DNA from: Takakia lepidozioides
Taxonomy: Eukaryota; Plantae; Bryophyta
NCBI GenBank assembly: GCA_030704615.1
Contig: CM060733.1
Location: forward strand, 9,176,001 to 9,240,000
Length of the DNA stretch: 64,000 bases
Direction: 5' to 3'
This document shows positions 26,675-38,386 of the stretch, piece by piece. Within the stretch, counting starts at the first letter, position 1, and each line of letters starts with the position of its first letter. The position numbers were made by a program, and so were the translations under genes. The notes beneath the pieces are model-generated. The model searched no databases. It saw nothing but the letters and a program-made list of their open reading frames with translations, and was not told the DNA's origin.

Positions 26675-28956
26675 TTCAGTTCATATCCTTGGCGGTATGC
26701 TGTGATCGATACAAAGTTCTCGTTGGCAAGATGGGAGGGGTTTGGAAAAAGTAGGTGGTTGTACAATTGTACTGAGGTCTAGGCTTATGATGTTGACAGA
26801 GGGTCTCAACCTTCAATGGGGTAATCCAAAAAATGGATGACCACTTCTCTTGGCCCTGTTTGCAGATCACATTCATGCATTTCTCAACAATCTGTTCTTC
26901 GCCTTCACCAATGAGATAGTCTATTGGGCCTGTCTGTTCTGGCTGTATTCTACTCAGGGTATCCCAGGGACTCAAAAACCATTACAAGTTTTTATCCTGA
27001 CAGGTTTAACATTAATGAATAAAAACAGCCTTGGCCAGCCAACCATGCTAAGCCAAGATCAGCAGACCATGGGGAGTGGTCAAGCATACTCCTTTTTCTC
27101 TTTCTGGTCCTTGTGGACATGATAATTCCAACCCACCATCCTCGGCTCTGAGCTCATGTCCATCAACCAAGTGATTGTCTCCAGATTTTCAGTTGGCCAC
27201 CCGTCCTTACCAGACAACCACGATTAGAAACTCCTCATCACGAAAATAGTAACACTCACAGTTGCCATGTGTTTGCTAAAAGCTCGTTCCCACCAGCATC
27301 CCAAGCAATTAAGCTGCAGACTGCAGACCTCTTGGCACAAGGAGCCCGCTAAGCTTAGCACCCCTTTTGTCCAACGGACGACCGCATCCTTGTTGCACAC
27401 ACCTACCATTGTCGATTTATGGAGTAGCTCCCCTTTAAGATCACCAGCACCCAAATATTCTATTATAACTTAAGGAACCGGAAAAATCACGGGAACATTG
27501 AGAACTGGGACTCACAGAAATACCCGACCTTTTTGGGCCCCGGAGGTTTGGCGACCTGCATTTTGACGGCCTTTACTTTACCACCCGTGGATCTTGCCAT
27601 TTACTGGCCCCCAATGTTGGCTACGAATCTCCGGGTCCGCAGCCCGCGCCTTGTGGATAGTGTTCCTGTAGCCGTACATATCATGAACGTCGTCGCCCTC
27701 CATATGGCTCAAGATTCATCCACTTAGGATAAGTTCTACTGGGCACAAAACTATTACTCATTCAGACTATGTAGTAGGCCAGAGCTTAATACCGACGTCC
27801 GCTCTATAACCATGTGCTTTGGTGGCCCGTGCGATTGTGGAGAGCCCACCAGAGCCGTTGGATGTTTGAATAGTAGCACGCGGTCATAGGATGTAGTACC
27901 TTGCGCTTTGCCCTCCCGCGAACTCTTGGTTTGATTGAAGGCTCTCGGCTATGGTGGAGATCCAAGCTTTTAAAAGACCTGGTTGTGTTGTTAATGCCGC
28001 TCTGGGCCTCAAGAGATTGCATCATGCGTTGCTGGGGGATTCTTAAGGAGAAGCTTTGGTTTTTCTTCTGATTTAGATCCGTGAGCCAGGGTTTATGGAG
28101 GAATGGCGGTTGATTGCTTTCTAGCCAGGAAGCATGGGGAGACTGTGGCTTCCCTAAGATTATACGGCAAATAATCGGAGACCCATGTGTAGCGATATAG
28201 AAATAAGGTGCAGAAGGCATGGTTGTTTCTCGGGAATAACCGATGCCTGCTTTACCGCAGTCCGATATACTTCCATGTGATGTTAGTTTCGTTTTTTCAT
28301 TCTCAAATCAGGGAATGGGAGGGGGTTGAGTGGAGCCAGAGGTAGACATGAAAGGACAGACAGACAAAAAGACATAATTGCAGAGGTGATATTGACTTGG
28401 AAATTGCAGCAATATAGCGGCCCTTTCAAAGAGCAGCATAACACGATGTACTAGATGAACAGGCGAGTCGTCGAGCAATGGAGACAAGATGGTCTGTCAC
28501 TAATGCCACCTTTCATATTCGGCGTTCTTGAAATTTCTCCCTGAAATGGAGTTTGTGGAGAGTCTAAGCCTAGTCGTTCGATACACAGCTACTGCAAGTC
28601 CGGGTACCTGTACCTCAGGCTGGCCCTGAATCCTCAACTGCTGTCTCTCTCTGTTGGATTGTAGGCATAAACATTAAATTCTGGTCCAGAAGCGAATATC
28701 TTTGAAACATTAGGAGCTCTGTCCACCGTGGTTTCTTTTGTATTGAGTGGTCATACGGCAGTATCTTGTCTGCATTGAAATTCATCCTTCATAGCTTGCA
28801 ATTCCCTCTCCCCATACGACCCTCTTTTGGCTTCCTTCCGCAGCTTTTGTCATCTGCCAATGCTGTTTGTCTCTCTTTCGCCCCCTTCTTCTTTTTCTGC
28901 TCAAACATTCTTGTTTATTCCGAATAAGACCACAATTTTCTATTAGACAGAGCAAG

Positions 28957-31745
28957 ATGCAAGACCTCTCAGCTCCTCAGCATGAATGCCCCCTGCCCGC
29001 ACTGTCTGCAGACTCTGATTTCCATAGCCCCTCTTCCTTCTGCTCTCTTCTTCCACAGGAGGCTTTGCCCTCGATGGTCACCGAATCTGACAATCCAGCT
29101 TACGTCGACTCCTCGACGTTATTCTACCGAGCCTCTGTTGATCAATCTACAGGGACTCCCTCACAGCTAAGCTCGACGAACGTTTCAGTTCCTATGACTC
29201 AGGGGTCTCTGTTCCTCGGCTCAAATCCTTCCTCTCTGCAGCAGCAGCAACCAGCTCTATCTGCAGAAGATGGTTCTGTAGCTCACATTGTGCAGCACGT
29301 CAACACCCCAGTGATGCACCCTAATCTGGTAAGCACTTTGAAGTCTATAATCTCCCCGCCACTATCACCTCAAGCCCTTCTGGATTCAACTGCAACAAGG
29401 GAGGAGTCACAACGATTCACCCAGTTTGAACAATTTGGATTTTCACAACCATTCTATCATGGCTTGGAGCCGACAGAGCTTGGGAGAGCCCCATCAGGAT
29501 GCTGCGAGCTAGTGCAGTATGATGTGGAGGCACCACCTGGCAGTCAATCAGGGATGTGTTCAGAGGATGCCAAGCAGGTAGAAAGCTTGGGGAATACAAA
29601 ACAGGTACTTATCATCGCACCAATGTCTGATACAGTCAATCAAAACATATGGGTGTGATTGTCACTTAACAAGGAAGTAAGCTTTCATGATTTGTGTCTC
29701 AGACACTTGTATGGCTCACTGGAATTGGAGAAATGAAGCTCAATCCACATGTCATATTGGTTGACTTCTCCAACCATTCACAGAAGAAGTATTGATTTCT
29801 ACTTGACTCCTTTAACTTGGGTCATACGGATTCTTGTTGGGATCTTGTTGTTTTGTGTATTGAAGGATGACGTCAGTTTGTCTCAGGATGATCTGATTAC
29901 ACACTAGACTAATGCCAACTACCCAACCCTTTCTTTCTTGCATGCACTACTCGTTGGTTCTACTGCAGGGTAGGTAGCCAAGGTGTGCAGTTTGGCATGT
30001 AGGCTTTGTCTCTCTGCACTCTTTACGCCACAGTTACTTTTGTCCGGTAAGTATTCCTAGCCATGTTGGTCTGATGGACATTGCCTTACATTCTAGTAGA
30101 CCTGTTGAAGATGGAGATTCATTTGTGTTGTCTGACTATTCTATCAGATGCACTCATTGGTTCAGGCCCCTGGAGTGCGGTTGGTTGATCTAAAGCTCCA
30201 GATACTTACCCTTGTAGTTGTTGTGGGTATTGACAATCTCAAAGGATGTAAAAGGAGAAGAGACAGGAATACAGATGATTGAACAAGAAGGTATATCAAG
30301 CAGGCTTTTTAAGCTTTCACTTTCAGATCTGGCAGTAGACATCTTTAGATCATTATTTCTGTTTAAATCAATTAGTGCATTGCTGCAGGTCTCAACCAGT
30401 CGTAACCAAGAGAGGGCTCAGGCGGCAGTGGTCCCAATTGATCTCATCCGAAACCGGCGGCCTTTCCGTTGTGCATATGCTGGCTGCAACAAGACTTTCA
30501 AGAACCCCCAGACCATGAAAATGCATCACAAAACACACTACACTGATGCCACAGCTGTAGGGCTTGGAGCTGAGGCTATATCTTCCTGTATGCCTACTGT
30601 GTGTTTCAAGGCAGGGCAGAACAAAAAGATTCCATCTCGTTGCCCAGCTTGCAAGAAGACATTTGTGGGCCTGTATGAGCTTAGGAGACATTTTGGGCGG
30701 AAGCATTCAGAGGGAGAGAAAAGTCATGCTTGCAGGAAATGTCGAAAGAGATTTCACATTGAGGTGGACGTGAGGGACCATGAGAAGTTGTGTGGAGAGT
30801 CAATTATCTGCAGATGTGGGATGAAATTTGCATTCAAGTGCAATCTGGTGGCCCACAAAAGAGGGCGCCCAGAATGCCAGGACAACCTCATTGTGGAGGA
30901 AGAGCAGTGTGGTGCAAGCATGCGAGCTGCCCAGCAGGGGCTGGTAGCTGACAAGTATTGTGAAGGAAAAAATGTACATTTTCCTATCTTTCTCTACCTT
31001 TGACTGCCTATGTCGTTTGTTTCTTTTTTCTGAATCAACCTCCATCTTTCTTTTCCGCAATCACAGCTGCATGTGTCACCTGTGTAAGGTAGAAGGTTTC
31101 TCAAGCTCTACTGCTGGAATCAACATCATCCTGTCTAGCATTGACCTTTGGCAGTGAGCAAGTGTTGTGGTGCATGTTTGGTGAGTATATTCAAACCTTA
31201 ACTCAAGTCTTGTTGTTTGTTATTGAGCCCTATGACAGTTTTCTGTTAGATCCACAACCAGCTTTGAGAGGGCGAGGTTCCCATGAGAACAGTGGACTCT
31301 AAGGCATTGACCACAGTATTGTTATCGAGTAACGTGTATATTTTTGCTTACTTCTCAGAGTTGCTCCCTCTCAGATTTACAAACAGTGGGGCACTCATAG
31401 TGCTTTCATTGGTGGGTTTTGCAGGGTCATGATGGGGCAGTTAAGCAGGAGATGCAATCATCCATCTGCTTTACCTCAGGCATCAATGGCCAACTTCAGC
31501 CAGCCATGCATGATTCGGCCCCATTCCAGCCACTGCCATTCCTGTCCTCTCTTGATCCAACAAGCCTTCCGCTCAATACAGCCTTTTTATCCAGCTCTGT
31601 TTTGCAGTCCCTTTCAGGAGGCTCACTAGCCTCACTTTCAGCTCTCCCAACCACTGGGTTTCCAAATCTTACCTCCGCAGTTGTACCTCCTGGTTCTGCC
31701 ATGGGCCATCCCATTGATCAACATCATCCATCTGGGCTTATTTAG
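28957..31745 (+). CDS. C2H2 zinc-finger transcription factor (STOP1/WIP-related finger array), about 3 coding exons
   Basis: ATG at 28957 after an acceptor, donor at 29604, finger exon from about 30389 (CAYAGCNKTFKNPQTMKMHHKTH; CPAC...HFGRKH; CRKC...HEKLC; CRCG...HKRGRPEC), last exon 31425-31745. The exon 2 donor is uncertain. Confidence 0.85.
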
Positions 31746-32074
31746 GTCTATCTGAATATACCCATGGTATGCATCTAGACCTAGCATCTACCAGAACTCT
31801 AGACAGTAAGAACCTAGAGTTTTCTCACTCTCTTATCTCTTCGTACGGCATACATGGTTTGTGGAATCCCTGCGAGGGCTGGCTCTCCCGGAGATTTCCC
31901 CCAAATCGTACCTCCGCAGGTGTACCTTGTGGTTGTGCCGTGGACCATATTGTTGAATGAAACATCCTCTGTGGCTGTCTAGGTCTGTCTGAAGATAGGA
32001 TGGTATGCATCAAGCCCTGGCATCTACAAGAACCCTAAACTGTAAGAACCGGGAGCTTCTTGCTCTCTTATCTC
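31643..32074 (+). repeat. Diverged ~200-bp duplication spanning the zinc-finger gene stop codon
   Basis: 31643-31840 aligns with 31884-32074 (shared TACCTCCGCAG, ATGGTATGCATC, GTAAGAACC, CTCTCTTATCTC). Confidence 0.75.
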
Positions 32075-33758
32075 CTACCAGTTTGAGGGAAACATGCGCT
32101 AGGAATATCACTTAACCAAATTGTGGTCACAACTGGTAGGCCAACAATTTCTTACTGCTGATTGTGCATGTAGTGCATTATCTTGTGTTTTGGGTTGAGC
32201 TCTTTGTTCCAAGAACTGAAGCAAGTTACGCAGTTCTTTTGCGTGAAAGCCCTACAGCTGTTCCTCATTGGCAAACTTGTCTTGACAATTTATGAGGGCA
32301 GATTGGACTGAACGATCACCACCTGTCCGTATATTATATGCCTCAAGGGGCCTATTGTGGTACCCCATTGGCAACTTTAGTTTGTGCAAATCTAGAGGTA
32401 TGACCCAACAACAACTTTAAGACTGCTGTTACTTCAACATCACTGGTGTGTTGAGCATCCCAACTAGCTGTGGTTTTGCAATATGGAGGGAGAAGACTCG
32501 AAATTTGAGTTTCTCCTTGTACTTTAGATAAAGTGTGTTGGTTCTATTTTGTAAAACGGGGTAAGGTAAAGTGGGAAGCATCCAACCTATGTTTGTCTGT
32601 CTTGCGATCCTGTAGCTTAAACCAATCAGGTGACTGAAATGACCAATAGCTTGACATTATGGTGTCACACTAGTGAGGATGTGGCTTTATGAGTTATACT
32701 CGCTGTGAGATGGGGCAATGTTTCTAAATGTGGTTTGGTGCCAAATGTGTCTTGAGGGGTGCTCTACAACTTTGATGGATCAGTGGGCATACTTTGTCGT
32801 TAACTTGGCATTTCTCACCCAGATTTTATAGATCCGATTCTCAATTGATCTTGGTAAGTTGAAAAGAAGGGACGTGGAGCTGTTTCTTCCTTAAGGCTAA
32901 CAAGTGTATGCAAGGATGATTGTTCAAATCCACATGTGATCTATGCTACTATAAGTTGACCCCTGGTTTCCTCGTATCTGGCAATATATGTTTGGGTCCT
33001 GATATTGTACAATGTGGTGTGATATATATGGAACAGTTGTGCAACGTTTGTTGCTCTAAACCTTGCTGAAGTTTTTCTGCTTAAAGTAATACAGAAATTG
33101 CCAATCGACTAGAAGGCTCTCTAGATGAGACTAGAAACGGTCGGAACGAGGTTGGAGTAACTACCTCCTGGAGGGTGTGCCAGAGCATTAGTTATTTCAG
33201 AGGTTTGCAGAAAGTGGTGGGTATTGTGGTGGTGAAGAGCAATGAACAATAAACACAAGGTTTGGTGTTCAAATCGTACTGTAGCAGTAATGTGTGTTAT
33301 TAAATATATATTTTGTCGAGGGGGTTGCCAATCAGCTCGAAGGTTGGAGTTAGTCCGCTCGTAGGTCTGCCGGGGGGTGTGCTTAGTCTGCTCGTCGGTC
33401 TGCTGGAGGAGGGTTTGCCCAGTCCGCTAGAAGGTCCGCCGGGGTAGATGAACAAGGACTTAGAAAAATTTCAGAATCTGGCCGATCCGGTGAATGGGTG
33501 GAGGTCTGCCCAGTCTGTGTGTGCCATGTGCCATTGAGCACATATTGTATTAAGTATACACGTATTTACATTTATGACCATGTGTACCAAAAGACATATG
33601 AAGGGCTAATATTCCAGAAAAATCCCAATTTGCTATTTTTCATAAATGTCTAGTGACAAAAATACTTGAAATTCAAATATCTTCCACATCGTAGGTCCAA
33701 AAATTATGAGATTGCCTCGATGCACCCCTACTCATCGAGGGATTTCCAGTGGTATTAA

Positions 33759-34549
33759 CCCTTAAGTTCCCAAGCGACCTGAATCAGGTCACTTTGAATT
33801 TGCAGTTTGACCTCATTTTTGCAGATCTGATCTGATGGGGCCCACTCCTGAAGCTTTAATGACAAGGGATTTGTCTCGAGTATGATGCAAAAAAACAAAA
33901 TTTAAAAAAAAACAAAAGCTACAACCTACAAAAAATATCTTAAATCTCTGATTTACGTTTTGGGGCCTGAAAAGGGCTTGTTGACCGCCGACGTGGCAGG
34001 TTAGCAAGCCCAAAACAGATTGCACTCCAAAGGCCATTTTTGGCAGAAAAGTAGCAATTTCGGAAAAAGCGCTTCACCTTGTGGTGTGTGAGCATTACAT
34101 ACACACATCCACCGTTGGCTTTTAAAAAATTTGTAGAAAAAAAGTACTTCATTTGGAGGCACATTTTCTCTTGTCAATTTTGAGATTTCAACCCCCATGT
34201 AATTGCATGCATAGCAACCATAGGTGAAAAAATCAGATGGACCTGCAATTTAGTGGGGTCATAGCCACTCCACTATTGATTTGGAGGATAAAGCTAGGTT
34301 TTGATTTGGTCAAACCAATTTCTTTCTCACTTTTTCTTTGGGACCTGATATTTGAGGTCCGGGCCAATAATCTCACAATTTCCACGGTGTATTTGGCTCA
34401 TTTTTTGGTATGTCATGCATAAATCAGCTGGGCCCATTGCTATAAGGCTGGAATCTCCGACTATTTTTGGTAGGTTTCTAGGGGCAATTTACTGCAGCTG
34501 GGTACCCAAAATTGGTAAAAAGTCATAAAAGGGATTGGGAACTTAAGGG
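33759..34549. mobile_element. 791-bp MITE with TTAA target-site duplication (piggyBac-like ends)
   Basis: TTAA|CCCTTAAGTTCCCAA ... TTGGGAACTTAAGGG|TTAA with perfect 15-bp TIRs. The paralogous empty site GTATCAAGACCCC is at about 35176. Confidence 0.9.
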
Positions 34550-34819
34550 TTAAGACCCCGGGAAAAACAAAACAAAACAAAACAAATTATGTTGCTTAAT
34601 ATATAGACTAGTCTAGTCTATGTTGTTAAGCACATATTATAAGTATTTATGTATTTCAGCTATAAAAGATGTCTTAAGCAATATTGTAAATGCCAACATT
34701 CCAGAAGAACCCAATTTGCATGAATTTCTAGTAACAAAAAATACTTGAAAATCAATATCTCCCACACCACATGTCCAGAATTATAAAACCGCATTGACTA
34801 CTGTGGCATGTGACGTTGA

Positions 34820-34986
34820 GCACAGACATGTAGCCCAGTGGTACTGGGCACATACCACGTTGGATGTGGTTGTGGGTTCAAACCACGGTCTGGTGTGTCA
34901 TGAAGGTGTCCACCTTTCAGCTGGAAGGCAGTAGCCCTTATGGTGAAGAGACACCATAAGTTACGCTCCCTTCGGGAGGCATCATA
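34820..34986 (+). mobile_element. tRNA-derived SINE with a LINE-related 3' tail
   Basis: A box TAGCCCAGTGG (34831), B box GGTTCAAACC (34875). The 3' end TTACGCTCCCTTCGGGAGGCATCATA matches the LINE 3' end at 21 of 26 positions. Confidence 0.7.
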
Positions 34987-35678
34987 CTTTGTGACCATGT
35001 GTACCAAAACACAAATGAAGGGCCAATATTCCAAAAATAAACTAATTTACAATTTATTCATGAATTTCTAGTGACAGAAAATACTTGAAATTCAATATCT
35101 CCCACACTGCAGGTCCAAAAAAATGACCTATGAAATCGCCTCGATGCACCCCTACTCGTCGAGGGCTTTCCAGCTGTATCAAGACCCCTAGCGGTTGGGG
35201 AGATCTCAACAACGCTACAAACAAAACAAAACAAAACAAAACAAAACAAACTACCTTACTTAACCCGTAAAAAATGACATGATCACATCAGATTTTTGCC
35301 ACGATCCAGCTTTCATGGATGGTAGTGGATGGAAATGAATCCTGAAGATAAATTGTACATGTTAGGGAGGAGAACATGTGGGAATTTACACAATACAAGC
35401 TCTGCTCTCCAGAATTTTCCAAAGTGCAAGGGGCTGGAAATCTAGTGCAGCACCATTGACGTGCCTATGTGTCAGACCAAATGGGCAATCTTGTAAATAA
35501 CATCTAGTGCTGAAAAACTTATCTTAATGCCAAAAAATTTGGACAATGCGCTATGCTATGTTCTGCCATGCACTTACTTACTAGAGGAATTAGAAAACAA
35601 ATACCACCTCATGGGTGTACTTGGGAAAGAAGCCAAAACATGACAATGGTGGACCCTTGGCACTCCACTGGCAACCCC

Positions 35679-37734
35679 ATATATATATATGACGCCAACC
35701 GAAGTCAGCGTAAATAAGAGCCTCTTCCCCTTGCAGGTACTGCCCCCTTTCGGGGGTGGGCTCTATCTATGTAGCTCGGCTTACTGCGTGTCCAATTGGC
35801 CGCTTTTGATCTTACGTTTGTCTAGGATGAGAGCAGTGAGAGATCGGATGGCTGTATAGTGGAGGGTACGTAGTAGGGTGGTTGTCGCTGTATGAGGTAG
35901 GTTCAGGTGTTGGTGCAGGACAAAAATGTTGTGGCTATGGGCTCCTCCTCTTACACCCGCAGTAATAATTGTAAGTGGGGTGGTGTGTCAGCCGTGTTGG
36001 CGGAGGGCCAAAATGAGTGGTTCGTATTTTTCGCGTTTGCGGTGGATTGCTTGATCTGGGTAACGGTCATGACAGAACGTGAACTCAATTAAGTGGATAG
36101 TAATGGAGGGGCGCGGGCCTATTGGTGGTGCTGATGAGATATGGAGCCCTTGTGCAAGTAGTATGTCAGGACGTAGTCTAGATGGGCAGTGGCATGGGTA
36201 GGCATTGCATGAGCATGGCAGGAGCCAATGGGGGACCGTGTTGTCAGGTGGTCTTCCCTGGTATGTGCCTGCATTAATTAGGTTGAACCATCTAGAGTTA
36301 GGGTGTGATAGCAGCAGTTTTTGGAGGTGCCACACTCCTTGGTTGTGTTTAGTTATGTGGAGTCCATGTAGTATAGATTGTTTGCAGTGAAGTAGACGAT
36401 GTGGCCACGTGTCGACCCGAGGTGGTTGGTTGTAGCACATCGTGTAATGTTTATTAGGGTAGAGTACTGGTCAGAACAAGTTGCGTCTTTGATTGCCCAT
36501 ATATTGTCCATAGCGGAATCGGAGTGTTTGCTTGATTTGGGCGTCAGTAATTGTAGCAGATGTCCAATATTGGTTGGATATGCTATGCAAGAGGTGTGGG
36601 GAGGCGACCCAATTGGAGATATACAAGTTTGTGTAGGTGCGGGATGCTTGAATTTGTTCTTTGGTTTCGCCCACGATAAATGTATGTAGGTCTCTGATGG
36701 GTGCATTGTCCAGTTGTGTGCTTTTAGTGGAGGATAGCCAAAAAGGATAGGTATGCGCTATGTGGATCGGGTTGTTTGAGGTTTGGGAAGTAGGTTGGGT
36801 AGCGCCGAGTTGGGCCAGTTGGTCCGCCAGTTCATTTCCTTTGATATTTGTGTGGGAGCGGACCTTGTGTAGGTGTATGTGTAATTTGGATGAAGATATG
36901 ATATCAATGATTGCTTTGATGAGCTGGAGGTCTGGGTGGTGTATTTGTGATGAGGGTTTGAGGTTTTGGTTGATGAGTAGGTAGAGGGAGACCAGACTAT
37001 CCGTGAAGATGTAGTAGGTATCTTGGCTTTGGTGTGGGAGGGGGAATAAGGCGTCATGTATAGACATGAGTTCTGCACGTAAGATGTTTTGTCTTCCAGG
37101 AAGGCGTTTGTATATTTGTGTATTATTGGCAACATTGTATATTCTGTATCCCGCATGTCCGTCCTTGAGGGAGCCGTCTGTGTATATACATTGCAGTGGG
37201 TTAAATTTTAAAAGCGAATGAGTGTTATTTTTTCTGGGGGCGGTGGTACATGTAAAAGGTTTGATGTTGTCCAAGGTGGTTGCGGGGGTGTCGCTTGCCA
37301 TCGCTTGTCTGGGTTGATCCTAGGATATCGGGGGAGGGAGAGTAAGGGTGTGTGTACTGTGGCAGTTGGGCCGAATAAGCGTTTTAGTATGATGCTCAGG
37401 TTCGAGAGGAAGATATTGGATATTTGTGGGTCTTTGTTATGGTGGACACATTCTAGCTTAGTTAAGGAGGGTTCTGGGTAGGACACATATTTTGGCATGG
37501 TTGGGGGGTTGTCATAGATCAATGTTTGCGGGTCGAATGTGACCATTGTGAATATTCTTGCAGGGTTTGTCAAGATGGGATGGTCGCTATTGGTCAGATT
37601 GTTGTGTGGGATTAATAAAACAGTAAATGCATTTATGGATGCATGTGCAGCTATGCGGGCCTAGTGTAATGCTTCGCCAGCTGTGGAGATGTTAAGGGGG
37701 TGAGTGAATCCACGTCCTTACCATTGGTAGGATC
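35679..37734 (-). mobile_element. Non-LTR retrotransposon 3' portion: RNase H, zinc finger, restriction-like endonuclease, 3' UTR and (AT)n tail
   Basis: RNase H IYTDGS...RAEL...FTDS...HKVRSHTNIKGNELAD (37301-36471), then DTWPHRLLHC...KHNQ and RLE RPDILL...IEFTFC...KREKYEPL. Structured 3' end at 35691 followed by the AT tail. Confidence 0.85.
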
Positions 37735-38348
37735 TGTCACGGACATAGCCCAGAGGAACTTACCAGGAGTAAATACCAGAAGTTACACAGTTACCATGTT
37801 ATCAAAAGTTATCGTGATTTACTGTGATTTATCACGATCTACCATGATTTACCATAAATTACCATTAGTTATCAAGTTACCGAGAGTTTACCAAATTACC
37901 GAGAGTAACTTGAGAAATTGCTTAGGAAGCTTCATTTGGAAGAAACTTCTCTATAAATATACCTCTTTTGTTTAAGGAAACTTCTCCATCAAGAAACCTC
38001 CATTGGGGAAGCTTCTTAGGGAACTTCCTAGTAGCCAGTACATATAGGAGGTGAGACTGGACACTCTTCAGTCTCGCCAACACCAATTCAAGCTACTCTT
38101 GTTTCCAGTTCCAGTACTCCAGCCCAGTTCCCAGTGTTCTAGTCCAGTTTCCAGTATCTGGTACTCCAGTCCAGTTCCAACATTTCAGTCGAGTTCCAAT
38201 ATCTTGTACTCTTGTCCATTGTTATAAAGATCATCTTGATTCTTGTTTACTCATCATGCATTCGGCCACACCGACCTTGATTTTTTGTCTAGTCTTGTAT
38301 CTTTAGTCTGATCTTTTGTTTGTGTCAGTCATGTTCTCGTTATTGACA
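37735..38348 (+). repeat. 5' LTR of the Tf1/Tcn1-like element
   Basis: Positions 37884-38348 match 61721-62223. TG...CA ends and a TATA-like motif at about 38039. Confidence 0.92.
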
Positions 38349-38350
38349 GT

Positions 38351-38361
38351 TTGGCGAGACT
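38351..38361 (+). promoter_or_regulatory. Self-priming primer-binding site
   Basis: TTGGCGAGACT is the exact reverse complement of AGTCTCGCCAA at 38070-38080 in the LTR, about 30 nt downstream of the TATA. Confidence 0.85.
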
Positions 38362-38386
38362 AAAGTTTGTTCCTTACTTAGTTAAG

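Larger units (their letters stand above)
33575..35250 (+). repeat. Three copies of a short AT-rich non-autonomous repeat
   Basis: TGACCATGTGTACCAAAA...AATACTTGAAA...GATGCACCCCTACTC...(ACAAA)n at 33575-33758 (continuing at 34554), partial at 34690-34800, and at 34992-35250. Confidence 0.75.

Noticed and set aside
34824-34895. Functional tRNA gene
   Set aside because: A and B boxes are present, but there is no canonical anticodon arm or full acceptor stem and the sequence continues into a LINE-like tail, so a SINE head fits better.
37993-38012. AACCTCCATTGG in the LTRs (also about 61868) and ACCTCCACATGGAGG at about 20425 as copies of the 26-bp palindrome
   Set aside because: They show only a half-site or the wrong spacing, with no proper CAGTGGAGGTT arm.
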